From: Burkholderiales bacterium
GTDB lineage: Bacteria > Pseudomonadota > Gammaproteobacteria > Burkholderiales > SG8-41
Assembly: GCA_038144955.1 (NCBI GenBank)
Contig: JAYQOT010000003.1
Location: 5,343-69,342, forward strand
DNA length: 64,000 nt
Reading direction: 5' to 3'
The translations under genes and the position numbers were made by a program. Below are positions 42,874-52,724 of this stretch, piece by piece (within the stretch, counting starts at the first letter, position 1; each line of letters begins with the position of its first letter). Below the pieces are notes generated by a model, which had not been told where the DNA came from, made no database searches, and worked only from the letters and a program-made list of their open reading frames with translations.

Positions 42874-44943
42874 TTACAGCAGCGGAACGATCAGCAAGGC
42901 GACGATGTTGATGATCTTGATCAGGGGGTTGATCGCCGGGCCTGCGGTGTCCTTGTAGGGATCGCCGACGGTGTCACCCGTGACCGCTGCCTTGTGGGCC
43001 TCGGAGCCTTTGCCGCCATGGTTGCCGTCCTCGATGTATTTCTTGGCGTTGTCCCAGGCGCCGCCGCCGGTACACATCGAAATCGCGACGAAGAGGCCGG
43101 TGACGATGGTGCCCATCAGCATGCCGCCCAGAGCCTGAACACCGGCGTCCTTGCCCATCAGCATGCCGACGATCAGCGCCACCGCGACCGGAGCCAGCAC
43201 CGGCAGCAGCGAGGGCACAATCATTTCCTTGATCGCGGCACGGGTGAGCATGTCGACAGCGCGGGAGTAGTCCGGCTTGGCGGTGCCTTCCATGATGCCG
43301 GCGATTTCCTTGAACTGGCGGCGCACTTCGACGACCACCGAGCCGGCGGCGCGGCCAACCGCTTCCATCGCCATTGCGCCGAACAGGTAGGGGATCAGTC
43401 CGCCTGCAAACAGACCGATGATGACTGCCGGGTTTGACAGGTCGAACGTGAGGTGACGGCCGGTTTCCTCGATCTTGTGGGTGTAGTCCGCGAACAGCAC
43501 CAGTGCGGCGAGGCCAGCCGAGCCGATGGCGTAACCCTTGGTCACCGCCTTGGTGGTGTTGCCCACCGCGTCCAGCGGATCGGTCACGTCGCGCACTGCT
43601 TTGGGCAGTTCCGACATCTCGGCGATGCCGCCGGCGTTGTCGGTAATCGGACCGTAGGCGTCAAGGGCGACGATGATGCCGGCCATCGACAGCATCGAGG
43701 TCGCTGCAATGGCGATGCCGTAGAGGCCGCCCAGGGTGTATGAAACGTAGATCGCGACGCAGACTGCCAGCACAGGCCAGGCGGTGGAACGCATCGATAC
43801 GCCGAGGCCGGCGATGATGTTGGTGCCGTGGCCGGTGGTCGAGGCGGAGGCGACGTGGCGCACCGGGGAATACTCGGTGCCGGTGTAGTACTCGGTGATC
43901 CACACCAGGAACGCGGTCAGCGCGAGGCCGACAACCGAAGCGCCGTAGAGTTTTGCGACAGTAAGATTCGGATAATGCTCGGCAATGTTGCCCAGCATCC
44001 AGTTGGTGATCGGATAGAACGCGATCAGTGCCAGCACGCCGGCGACGATCAGGCCTTTGTACAGTGCCCACATGATGTTCTTGCCGTCAGTTGCCTTGAC
44101 GAAGAAGGCGCCGATGATCGAGGCGATGATGGCGAAACCGCCGAGCACCAGCGGATAGATCACCGCGCCCTGGACCACTTCAGGTTTGGGCAGCAGCAGC
44201 GCGCCCAGCACCATGGTGGCGATGATGGTCACCGCGTAGGTTTCGAACAGGTCGGCCGCCATGCCGGCGCAGTCGCCCACGTTGTCACCGACGTTGTCGG
44301 CAATCACCGCCGGGTTGCGCGGGTCATCTTCAGGGATGCCGGCTTCAACCTTGCCGACGAGGTCGGCGCCGACGTCAGCACCTTTGGTAAAAATGCCGCC
44401 GCCGAGACGTGCGAAGATCGAAATCAGCGAGGAACCGAAAGCCAAACCGATCAGCGGCTTGACGATTTCGCTCATTTTGGCGCCCGCGCCGGCACTGCCG
44501 AGCAGGAACCAGAAGAAGCCGACCGTGCCGAGCAGACCGAGACCGACGACCAGCATGCCGGTGATCGCGCCGCCGCGGAACGCGATGTTCAGCGCCGGAT
44601 TGATGCCGTTCTTGGCGGCTTCGGAAGTGCGCACATTGGCGCGTACCGAAACGTTCATGCCGATATATCCGGCAGCGCCTGAAAGGATGGCGCCGATGGC
44701 GAAAGCGATTGCCGTGGTGCCGCCAAGCGCAATCGCGATCAGCACGAACAGCACGGCGCCAACGATGGCGATCGTGGTGTACTGGCGATTGAGATAGGCC
44801 TTGGCGCCGGCCTGGATGGCAGCGGCAATTTCGCGCATGCGGTCATTGCCGGAGGGCTGGGCGACGATCCACTGGATCGACAATCCGCCGTAGACCAGGG
44901 CGGCAATGGCGCAGACCAGCGCAAAAATCAAACCATTCGTCAT
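42874..44943 (-). CDS. hppA: membrane-bound proton-translocating pyrophosphatase
   Basis: 689 aa, polytopic, with H+-PPase motifs [38 protein letters not shown] and [13 protein letters not shown]. Confidence 0.95.
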   Translation of the reverse strand: MTNGLIFALVCAIAALVYGGLSIQWIVAQPSGNDRMREIAAAIQAGAKAYLNRQYTTIAIVGAVLFVLIAIALGGTTAIAFAIGAILSGAAGYIGMNVSVRANVRTSEAAKNGINPALNIAFRGGAITGMLVVGLGLLGTVGFFWFLLGSAGAGAKMSEIVKPLIGLAFGSSLISIFARLGGGIFTKGADVGADLVGKVEAGIPEDDPRNPAVIADNVGDNVGDCAGMAADLFETYAVTIIATMVLGALLLPKPEVVQGAVIYPLVLGGFAIIASIIGAFFVKATDGKNIMWALYKGLIVAGVLALIAFYPITNWMLGNIAEHYPNLTVAKLYGASVVGLALTAFLVWITEYYTGTEYSPVRHVASASTTGHGTNIIAGLGVSMRSTAWPVLAVCVAIYVSYTLGGLYGIAIAATSMLSMAGIIVALDAYGPITDNAGGIAEMSELPKAVRDVTDPLDAVGNTTKAVTKGYAIGSAGLAALVLFADYTHKIEETGRHLTFDLSNPAVIIGLFAGGLIPYLFGAMAMEAVGRAAGSVVVEVRRQFKEIAGIMEGTAKPDYSRAVDMLTRAAIKEMIVPSLLPVLAPVAVALIVGMLMGKDAGVQALGGMLMGTIVTGLFVAISMCTGGGAWDNAKKYIEDGNHGGKGSEAHKAAVTGDTVGDPYKDTAGPAINPLIKIINIVALLIVPLL

Positions 44944-45229
44944 GTTGATGCTCCTAACCTATTGTTTTAATTCATTAATTTTAATGCAGCCAGTGGCTGG
45001 GCCGCGCTAGGGTGCCTTGATTTGGTGCAAAGCGCAAGACCCTGGGCGAAATACTTGCCTGACTTTTGATCTTGGTTAAAGTTGCCCGAGCCCGGATCGG
45101 GGTTTGGGTCCGGTTTGAATCGCTGCCGTTAAAGTCGCTGGCTGTCCCAGTCCGGAGTCAGGCGGATTATATAAAACCCGCAGCTGTCCATGTCCGGATC
45201 AGGTGGCTGCGATGAAAACGAAATGACGG

Positions 45230-46504
45230 TCAGGGCAGTTTCCGGTAATGCGCGGGTAATTGCCGGCGAATGGGTTTCAGCCGCAATTTGGCGTGCAGCG
45301 GCAGGCCGTCATTGAACGGGGGCCATGCCTCGCCGTTTATCAACGGGGCAAAGTAGCGTCTGGCACGTGCGGTCAGCCGGAAACCGTCGGCAGTCAGAAA
45401 GGCGCGGGGCAGGCGTTTTTCACGGTTCATGATGCCTGCCAGCGGTGCCGGTTCGAGATGCCAGCGGTAGGGCCGGTCATGGCTACGGACAATAACCGGC
45501 ATGACATCGCTTAGGCCGCGAACGGCAAACTGGACCGCCGCGCGGCCAACTGCGTAGGCCTGCTCGACATCCGTTTTCGAGGACAGGTAGCGTGCCGAAC
45601 GCTGCACGTAATCAAGCACGCTCCAGTGCACCTTGACCTTCAGTTCGTTGCGGATCATCGCCGCGATCAGCGGGGCGACGCCGCCCAGCTGGTCGTGTGC
45701 CGGGATGCCGTCTCCCCCCACCTGGGTCAGCCGTCTGCCATCGGCAAGACAGATGCCCTCGGCCACCGCCACGGCACAGTAACCGAAACGGGCAATGCGG
45801 GCGCGCACACCGGCCAGAAAGCGGATTCGGTTGAACCGGATCTCCGGCACCAGCAGCAGCAAGGGGCCGTCGTCGCCAGCGGTCTGCGCCATTCCGCAGG
45901 CAGCAGCAATCCATCCGGCATGGCGGCCCATTACTTCCATCACAAAGACTTTGGTTGAACTGTTAGCCATCGAAGCCAGGTCCGCCATGGCTTCACGCAG
46001 GCTGGTGGCCACATGCTTGGCGACCGAGCCGAAACCCGGACTCGAATCAGAGTGCAGGATGTCGTTGTCTATGGTTTTGGGCACGGCGATCGAGGTGACC
46101 GGGTAACCTATCTGCGGGAGGATGGTGGCGATGAAGTGTGCCGTTTCGGCGGAGCCGTTGCCGCCGTTGTAGAAGAAGTAGCCGATGTTGTGGGCGCGGA
46201 AGATCTCGACCAGGCGTTCGTACTGGAGGCGACCTTGCGGCAGCGGGGACAGGTCGTAGCGGCACGAGCCGAATGCCCCCCCTGGGGTGTGACGCAGCGC
46301 CCGGATCGCGGACAGCGACTCGGCGTTTATGTCTATGAGGTCCTCGGTCAGGGCACCGATGATGCCGTTGCGGGCGGCAAGGATGCCGGAGATATGGCGA
46401 CGGTAACGGCGCGCCGCCTCGAACAGACCGCAGGCCGTGGCGTTGATGGTGGCGGTGACACCGCCGGACTGGGCGTAGAGTGCGTTGCGGGCGGGCACGT
46501 GCAA
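45230..46504 (-). CDS. pfp: 6-phosphofructokinase, probably pyrophosphate-dependent
   Basis: 424 aa with NALYAQSGGVTATINA, FFYNGGNGS and AVPKTIDNDI. Lys in PKTIDND is the PPi-type residue, while GGNGS is not the classic GGDD. Adjacency to hppA supports the PPi-dependent call. Confidence 0.8.
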   Translation of the reverse strand: MHVPARNALYAQSGGVTATINATACGLFEAARRYRRHISGILAARNGIIGALTEDLIDINAESLSAIRALRHTPGGAFGSCRYDLSPLPQGRLQYERLVEIFRAHNIGYFFYNGGNGSAETAHFIATILPQIGYPVTSIAVPKTIDNDILHSDSSPGFGSVAKHVATSLREAMADLASMANSSTKVFVMEVMGRHAGWIAAACGMAQTAGDDGPLLLLVPEIRFNRIRFLAGVRARIARFGYCAVAVAEGICLADGRRLTQVGGDGIPAHDQLGGVAPLIAAMIRNELKVKVHWSVLDYVQRSARYLSSKTDVEQAYAVGRAAVQFAVRGLSDVMPVIVRSHDRPYRWHLEPAPLAGIMNREKRLPRAFLTADGFRLTARARRYFAPLINGEAWPPFNDGLPLHAKLRLKPIRRQLPAHYRKLP

Positions 46505-46571
46505 AAACTCGGCTTCTGATCCTGTCGACGCTGGAGTATTTAAGGCTTCAGCCGGTCACCACTGCGGTCAT

Positions 46572-47255
46572 TCAATGTTTCGCGCGGTTGTGTGGAGCGT
46601 GCGATTCGATGGCAGCGAAGATCTTGTCGCGGATGTGCTCGACTGAACCGCGGCCGTAGATGTTGACGTAGTTCGGTGCCCGTGGATCACCGCTGGCAGC
46701 CCAGCTGAGGTAGTAGTTCACCAGTGGTTTGGTCTGCGAGTGATACGTCGCGATGCGTTTGGTGACGGTTTCCTCATTGTCATCTGCACGCTGGATCAGC
46801 GGCTCACCGGTGACGTCGTCCTTGCCCTCGACACGCGGTGGATTGAATTCGACGTGATAAGAGCGTCCGGAAGCCGGATGTATGCGTCGGCCGCTCATGC
46901 GGCGCAGTATTTCGCCGTCGCCAACCTCAACTTCGATGACGAAGTCGATGTCTATCCCCGCCTGGCGCAGCGCCTCGGCCTGCGGCAGGGTTCGCGGAAA
47001 ACCGTCCATGATGAAACCGTTGACGCAATCGGGAGACTTGATGCGTTGCTTGACCAGTTCGATGACCAGCGGATCAGGCACCAGGGCTCCGCGGTCCATG
47101 TAGGAGCGTGCTTCATTGCCGAGCGGCGAATTTTCCTTCATCGCCGCGCGCAGCATGTCGCCGGTGGAAATCTGCGGAATCTTGTAACGTTCGATCAGGA
47201 AATGGGCTTGGGTGCCTTTGCCTGCGCCAGGCAATCCAAGTAACAGTATGCGCAT
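46572..47255 (-). CDS. adk: adenylate kinase
   Basis: [17 protein letters not shown]...ISTGDMLR; 227 aa. Confidence 0.95.
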   Translation of the reverse strand: MRILLLGLPGAGKGTQAHFLIERYKIPQISTGDMLRAAMKENSPLGNEARSYMDRGALVPDPLVIELVKQRIKSPDCVNGFIMDGFPRTLPQAEALRQAGIDIDFVIEVEVGDGEILRRMSGRRIHPASGRSYHVEFNPPRVEGKDDVTGEPLIQRADDNEETVTKRIATYHSQTKPLVNYYLSWAASGDPRAPNYVNIYGRGSVEHIRDKIFAAIESHAPHNRAKH

Positions 47256-47335
47256 GTCAGCTTGCCGGTTGAAGGTCGGGTGAATGAGTATAGCCGTGCG
47301 GTGGCTGTCCGCAAAATCAGTGCAGGATTCCGTGT

Positions 47336-48091
47336 TCAGCGCAGCAAACGGCGTATGCGCCTGAGGTCCGCGGGGGTGTCGACACCGGGATGCGGTGCTG
47401 TGCTGGTCAGCGCTACGCTGATGCGGTAGCCGTTGACCAGCGCGCGCAACTGCTCGAGCGCTTCAGCACGTTCGATGGCCGCGGGTCTGAGCCGGCCGTA
47501 TGTTTTGAGGAAGCCCGCGCGATAGGCATAAATGCCCAGATGACGCAGCACCGGCAGACCGGGAGGGAGTTTGCGGATGCCGTGTTTGAACGCGTCGCGG
47601 GCGTATGGAATCGGGGCGCGGCTGAAATACAGCGCATGTCCCTCCGCATCAAGGGTGACCTTGACCACGTTGGGATTGGTCATGTCTCGCGGATCGCTGA
47701 TGCGTGTAGCGGCAGTGGCGATTGCGGCTGCAGGATGCTCGGCGAGGTTTTCAGCGACCCTGTGAATCAGGGACGGTGCGATCAGGGGCTCATCACCTTG
47801 CACGTTGACCACGATGGCGCTGTCGGGCAACCGCAACCTGCGCGCTACTTCAGCAATGCGGTCGGTGCCGGTGGCATGGTTTTTTCGGGTCATCATCGCC
47901 TGGAATCCGTGATCTTCCACGACGGTTGCGATGCGTGGATCATCGGTGGCAACCACGACCCGGGCCGCGCCGCTCCTGGCCGCGCGTGCGGCTACCTGGA
48001 CCACCATGGGCTTGCCGCGGATTTCGGCCAGCGGCTTCCCCGGGAAACGCGACGATGCGTAGCGTGCGGGGATGACAACGATGAATTTCAT
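47336..48091 (-). CDS. kdsB: 3-deoxy-manno-octulosonate cytidylyltransferase
   Basis: 251 aa with [17 protein letters not shown] and [10 protein letters not shown]. Confidence 0.9.
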   Translation of the reverse strand: MKFIVVIPARYASSRFPGKPLAEIRGKPMVVQVAARAARSGAARVVVATDDPRIATVVEDHGFQAMMTRKNHATGTDRIAEVARRLRLPDSAIVVNVQGDEPLIAPSLIHRVAENLAEHPAAAIATAATRISDPRDMTNPNVVKVTLDAEGHALYFSRAPIPYARDAFKHGIRKLPPGLPVLRHLGIYAYRAGFLKTYGRLRPAAIERAEALEQLRALVNGYRISVALTSTAPHPGVDTPADLRRIRRLLR

Positions 48092-48095
48092 CGTC

Positions 48096-48275
48096 TCAGA
48101 GTTCTGTTTCGGCGGGTATCTTGCGTGCGTCGTCTTCGAGCATGACCGGGATGCCGTCCGTGATCGGATAGGCGAGTCGGCATGGTTTGCAGATCAGTTC
48201 GCCCTCGGTTTTGCGGTAGAGCAGCGGACCCTTGCAGATCGGGCATACCAGTATGTCGAGCAGTTTTTCGTCCAT
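48096..48275 (-). CDS. Trm112/YcaR-family small zinc-ribbon-like protein
   Basis: [20 protein letters not shown]......[26 protein letters not shown]. Start moved to ATG 48275. Conserved position between lpxK and kdsB. Confidence 0.8.
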   Translation of the reverse strand: MDEKLLDILVCPICKGPLLYRKTEGELICKPCRLAYPITDGIPVMLEDDARKIPAETEL

Positions 48276-48279
48276 GGCG

Positions 48280-49260
48280 TCAGGCCTGTGAAAGACGGGT
48301 GAGTATTTTTGCGCCCAGTTCCGGTTCAACGACGGCATCAACGGCCAGCACCCAGCAGGTTGAAGTCGCGAACCCAACGCATTTTACCGCATCCTTTTCC
48401 GTCATCACGACATCATCTACCCTGGCAAACTGCAGATCTGCGGGCACGTAGGGATGATGATCCGGGAACGGATGTTCGCTGCATTCGATGCCGATCCTGT
48501 GCAAATGTTCGAAAAAACGCTGCGGATTGCCGATGCCGGCAACCGCGTGCACGCGACGGCCGCGGAAATAAGCGGCGGGTGCGGTGGTATGCGGATCGCG
48601 CAGGTTGCGGAAAGTCATGCCCTCGAGATCCATCCTGATCGCACCGGGGCAGTCCTGCTGCGCACCGTTGACCACCACGGCGTCGACTGTCGCCAGCCGT
48701 GATGCCGGTTCACGCAGCGGGCCTGCCGGCAGCGGCCAGCCGTTGCCCAGTCCGCGGGCGCCGTCGATGACAGCAATTTCGAAATTGCGGGCGAGCCGGT
48801 AATGCTGCAGGCCGTCATCACTGATGATCACGTCGATTGCGGGATGCGCGGCATGCAATGCGCGGACGGTTGCGGCGCGATCAGTGCCCACCCATACCGG
48901 GCAGCCGGCGCGGCGTGCCAGCAGGCAGGGTTCGTCGCCGTAGTCGGCAGGGAGGCCTTCAGGTGGAACCTGGCGTGGATCGGTGCGCGATGCGCCGTAA
49001 CCGCGGCTGATAATCGCGGGGTGACGGCCTTGTTCCGCAAGAAACCGTGCCAGCCACAGCACCAGCGGTGTTTTGCCGGTACCGCCGGCGGTGATGTTGC
49101 CGACGACGATGACCGGAAGGCCGGTTTTCTCAGGAGTCAGCAGCCCGCTGCGCCAGGCGAGGCGCCTCAGGGTTGCCGCGAGCAGGAAGAGCAGCGCCAG
49201 GGGTAACAGCAGAATGGCGCGCAGGCCACGGTTCTGCCAGTGAGCAGGAGAGGACATCAC
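48280..49260 (-). CDS. lpxK: tetraacyldisaccharide 4'-kinase
   Basis: 326 aa with [16 protein letters not shown] Walker A and ISRGYG. Confidence 0.9.
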   Translation of the reverse strand: MMSSPAHWQNRGLRAILLLPLALLFLLAATLRRLAWRSGLLTPEKTGLPVIVVGNITAGGTGKTPLVLWLARFLAEQGRHPAIISRGYGASRTDPRQVPPEGLPADYGDEPCLLARRAGCPVWVGTDRAATVRALHAAHPAIDVIISDDGLQHYRLARNFEIAVIDGARGLGNGWPLPAGPLREPASRLATVDAVVVNGAQQDCPGAIRMDLEGMTFRNLRDPHTTAPAAYFRGRRVHAVAGIGNPQRFFEHLHRIGIECSEHPFPDHHPYVPADLQFARVDDVVMTEKDAVKCVGFATSTCWVLAVDAVVEPELGAKILTRLSQA

Positions 49261-49302
49261 GGGAGAAGCGTACCCCCATAGTCGGCCGCCGTCGAGGCCG
49301 GG

Positions 49303-49722
49303 TTACTTGCGCGGCGCCTTGGTGGTAAAGGTGATTTTCGGATAACCCGCCATCTGTGCCGCCTCCATCACCCGCACTACCGACTGGTGTGCGGCGTTGG
49401 CGTCGGCATTGATGACGATGACCGGCTCTTTCATCTCGCCGGCAGCCCGTTTCAGCGCGTCGCTGAGCATGCCTGCGTTGGTGGCGGTGACCGCCGCCTT
49501 GTTGATCGAGTAATTGCCCTTGGCATCGATTGCCACGTCGATCTGTGCAGGCCGCTCGGGTGGTCTTTCGGCCTCGGCCGTGGGCAGATTGATCTGCAGT
49601 TCGGCGAACCGCGAATAGGTGGTGGTCACCATCAGGAAAATCAGGATGACCAGCAGCACGTCGATCAACGGTATGAAGTTGATCTCAGGTTCCTCGCGGA
49701 AGGCGCGGTGGCGGAATTTCAT
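49303..49722 (-). CDS. exbD: biopolymer transporter ExbD/TolR family
   Basis: 139 aa with the INFIPLIDVLLVILIFLMV TM signature. Confidence 0.85.
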   Translation of the reverse strand: MKFRHRAFREEPEINFIPLIDVLLVILIFLMVTTTYSRFAELQINLPTAEAERPPERPAQIDVAIDAKGNYSINKAAVTATNAGMLSDALKRAAGEMKEPVIVINADANAAHQSVVRVMEAAQMAGYPKITFTTKAPRK

Positions 49723-49746
49723 GCGGGCATTTCCGGTTGCCGGGGC

Positions 49747-50355
49747 TCAGGCATCCCGTTCGCCGTGGATGATTTCGACCAGCTTGACGGCCTGCATCTG
49801 CATTTCAACCAGCAGCGCATCGACCTTGGTGCGGAAGTAGCGGTAGAACACCATGCTGGGTACGGCGACGACGAGGCCGAAAGCGGTGTTGTAGAGGGCG
49901 ATCGAAATGCCGTGGGCCAGTACCAGCGGGTTGGTGCCGGAAGGCGTCTGCGAGCCGAATATTTCGATCATGCCAATCACCGTACCGAACAGGCCGAGCA
50001 GCGGTGCTATGGCGGCAATGGTGCCCAGGCTGGTGAGAAAGCGCTCAAGGTCGATGGCGACCACGTGGCCGGCTTCCTCGATGGATTCCTTCATGACCTC
50101 AGGGGCATGTTTTTCGTTGCGCAGTCCGGCGGCGAGGATCTGGCCGAGCGGTGAGCTGGTCGCGAGCTGGTTGAGCATCTGTGAAGTGACACCGTTCTGG
50201 CGGTACGCCTGCACGGTGTGTGCCAGCAGGTTTTTCGGCAATACGACGTTCTGGCGCAGCGACCACAGGCGCTCGCCGATGATGGCCAGCGCGATGACTG
50301 AACAGAGGAGCAAGGGCCAAATCGGCCAACCGGCCGCTTGAATGATGGAATACAC
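49747..50355 (-). CDS. exbB: MotA/TolQ/ExbB proton-channel family protein
   Basis: 202 aa, three TM segments, with LGTIAAIAPLLGLFGTVIGMI motif. GTG start. Confidence 0.85.
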   Translation of the reverse strand: MYSIIQAAGWPIWPLLLCSVIALAIIGERLWSLRQNVVLPKNLLAHTVQAYRQNGVTSQMLNQLATSSPLGQILAAGLRNEKHAPEVMKESIEEAGHVVAIDLERFLTSLGTIAAIAPLLGLFGTVIGMIEIFGSQTPSGTNPLVLAHGISIALYNTAFGLVVAVPSMVFYRYFRTKVDALLVEMQMQAVKLVEIIHGERDA

Positions 50356-50466
50356 GCGGACTCTTTTCTTCAGTGGTTCAAAAAACTGGCGTAACTGTAG
50401 CGGCCATGGCCTGAATCAGCAAGCGCAGCGCAGGCAAGAGCTTTGAGCTAAAACGGCTTTTTCGGC

Positions 50467-50489
50467 TTTTCCACATTTATTGTGGATAA
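50467..50489. promoter_or_regulatory. pair of facing DnaA boxes
   Basis: TTTTCCACA (50467-50475) and TGTGGATAA (50481-50489; TTATCCACA on the minus strand, a perfect consensus) are separated by 5 bp. Confidence 0.4.
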
Positions 50490-50885
50490 GCCTGTGCACA
50501 GCCTGTAAACGGTCAACCTAAGTCCCGCTTCCGGCTCAGAAAAAGCGGATTGCCTATTTCATGGACTGGTAATAAAAGTCAATTAAAACATATAGTTAAT
50601 TAAATCATCCCGGGGCGATGTGAAAGCGCTTTTTGAGTAAATGTTTTGCGTTCCGGGATTGTGGATGACTTGTGCCGGAAAAATCGTTTTGCATCCGCGG
50701 TTTGCGGCGCTTTTCGCGGCGTGCTCGCCACGTTTTTTCATGGCTCCGGTGGATTGCGACAGCAATCAACTACGCTTTAAGCATGGCTGGCGCAGCGGAT
50801 TGATTGCCACGTGAGATGTTCACGGCGAAAATAAACGGGTGTCGAATAAAATCATCAACACAGCAAGGCCAAAGGAAATGCATCA

Positions 50886-51185
50886 ATGACTTTTTTCGTC
50901 GAAGGCGTCAACAAATCCCTGGAACCGCAAAAACAGGTGCGCCGCATCGGCGAGTTCAAGACGGTGGCAGAGGCGGTCGAAGTGGCACAAAAGACCGTGG
51001 ATGCTTTTCTGCAGAGCCAGCATCGCCCGGGCATGGAGGCCAAGTCGCTTTTCGCCATGTATCAGGAGAAAGCTGAATTCCCGTTCATTTTCCGCGACGA
51101 TGACCGCACGTTCAACGTGCCCGGTTTCAATCATGTCCAGTATTCACACCAGAGGATCAAGGCGCTTTGCGAAGCCAAACGCTGA
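50886..51185 (+). CDS. hypothetical small protein (99 aa)
   Basis: ORF with the RBS AAAGGA 8 nt upstream and non-repetitive, globular-looking composition. No recognisable motif. Confidence 0.4.
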   Translation: MTFFVEGVNKSLEPQKQVRRIGEFKTVAEAVEVAQKTVDAFLQSQHRPGMEAKSLFAMYQEKAEFPFIFRDDDRTFNVPGFNHVQYSHQRIKALCEAKR

Positions 51186-51252
51186 GCCTGTTTCCCCCGT
51201 TTGTTTTTTCCTTTGCTCCGGTGGTTGTTGACCGGTCCGGCAGCATCCTCTG

Positions 51253-52593
51253 ATGTCCGATCTGCTCGAGCAGGCGACACAGCAAACCGTCATCTCGGTC
51301 GCCGAACTGAACCGCCTCGCCCGCAGCGCCATCGAGCGCCATGTGCCGCTGTTGTGGGTCGCGGGAGAGATTTCCAACTACAAGCGCTATGACAGCGGGC
51401 ACTGCTATTTCTCGCTGAAGGACGAAGCTGCCCAGGTTGATGCGGTGATGTTCCGTCACAAGGCGCAGCATCTCGACTGGGTCCCGGAAAACGGCATGCA
51501 GGTCGAAGTGCGGGCAACCGCGACCGTCTATGAGGCGCGCGGCAAATTCCAGCTGGTGGTGGATGCCATGCGCCGTGCCGGCCTTGGTGCGCTCTATGCT
51601 GCGTTCGAAAAACTCAAGGCCAGGCTGGAGAAAGAAGGCCTGTTCGACGCGGCGCTGAAGCGGGAACTGCCGCCTTTCCCGCGCACGGTCGGCGTGGTGA
51701 CTTCACCGCAGGCCGCGGCGCTGCGCGACGTGATCAGCGCACTGCGCAGGCGCATGCCCGGAATAGGCGTCATCCTTTACCCGGCGCCGGTGCAGGGAGA
51801 GGGTGCTGCGCAGAAAATTGCGGATGCGATTGCGCTGGCGGGCGCCCGCGCAGAATGCGATGTGCTGATAGTCTGCCGGGGCGGAGGCAGCATCGAGGAT
51901 CTGTGGGCGTTCAACGAGGAAGTGGTGGCGCGGGCGATCCGCGCCTGTCCGCTGCCGGTGGTCTCGGGCGTCGGCCACGAAACCGATTTCACGATCGCGG
52001 ACTTTGCGGCTGACCTGCGTGCCCCGACGCCCACTGCCGCCGCCGAGCTGGTCAGTCCCGATGCGGCGAAACTGCGGCGTGACCTGGCGCTGGCCGGTCA
52101 GCAGCTGGCTCGGGTGTTCGCGCGCGGGATCGAAGATCGCATGCAGCGGCTTGATTACCTGTCGCGGCGGCTGACCCATCCCGGAGAACGCCTGCGCAAC
52201 CAGTTCATCCATCTTCAGCATCTGGGCAGCCGCCTGCGCGGCAGCTGGCGGCTGGGAGCGGAAGCGCAGACATGGACTTTGCGCGATGCTGCACAGCGGT
52301 TGCGTGCTTCGGCGCCGGATACCAGCCTTCGGCAGCACCGGCAGCAGGAGCTGGCGCGGCGACTTCACGGCGGTCTGCGCGATCATCTGGCAACGGCGGT
52401 AGAAAGGGTGGGCGCGGTGCGCGCCCACCTGCTGCACCTCAATCCGCAGCGTGTCCTCGAGCGCGGTTACAGCATCACCGAGACCGCTGACGGCGTCATC
52501 GTGCGCGACAGTGCGAAATTGTCAGCGGACCAGGAGCTCAAGGTCACGCTGGCGAAAGGCTGGGCCGGGGTGCGGGTGAAGCGCACGGGATAG
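51253..52593 (+). CDS. xseA: exodeoxyribonuclease VII large subunit
   Basis: 446 aa with the OB-fold start VSELN.....IE......WV.GEISN......SGH.YFSLKD and VIVCRGGGSIEDLW. Confidence 0.95.
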   Translation: MSDLLEQATQQTVISVAELNRLARSAIERHVPLLWVAGEISNYKRYDSGHCYFSLKDEAAQVDAVMFRHKAQHLDWVPENGMQVEVRATATVYEARGKFQLVVDAMRRAGLGALYAAFEKLKARLEKEGLFDAALKRELPPFPRTVGVVTSPQAAALRDVISALRRRMPGIGVILYPAPVQGEGAAQKIADAIALAGARAECDVLIVCRGGGSIEDLWAFNEEVVARAIRACPLPVVSGVGHETDFTIADFAADLRAPTPTAAAELVSPDAAKLRRDLALAGQQLARVFARGIEDRMQRLDYLSRRLTHPGERLRNQFIHLQHLGSRLRGSWRLGAEAQTWTLRDAAQRLRASAPDTSLRQHRQQELARRLHGGLRDHLATAVERVGAVRAHLLHLNPQRVLERGYSITETADGVIVRDSAKLSADQELKVTLAKGWAGVRVKRTG

Positions 52594-52605
52594 CGACGCC
52601 GTGCC

Positions 52606-52634
52606 TTGACGTGCAGCCGGTTGCTGCATATAAG
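52606..52634 (+). promoter_or_regulatory. candidate sigma70 promoter
   Basis: TTGACG, 17 nt spacer, TATAAG, about 90 nt upstream of the cNMP-domain gene. Confidence 0.35.
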
Positions 52635-52724
52635 GTCTTTCCGGGGAGGCGATGGAAGCGGGACCCTGTCCCGGTTCGCAGGACAGCTGCAGACGCACTG
52701 CCCACAGACAACGGGGTTTGAACC

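Noticed and set aside
50356-50885. Chromosomal replication origin (oriC).
   Set aside because: There are only three DnaA-box-like sites and no dnaA, dnaN, gidA or parAB neighbours. GC skew cannot be evaluated from one window. It is kept as a DnaA-box cluster of unknown role rather than called an origin.
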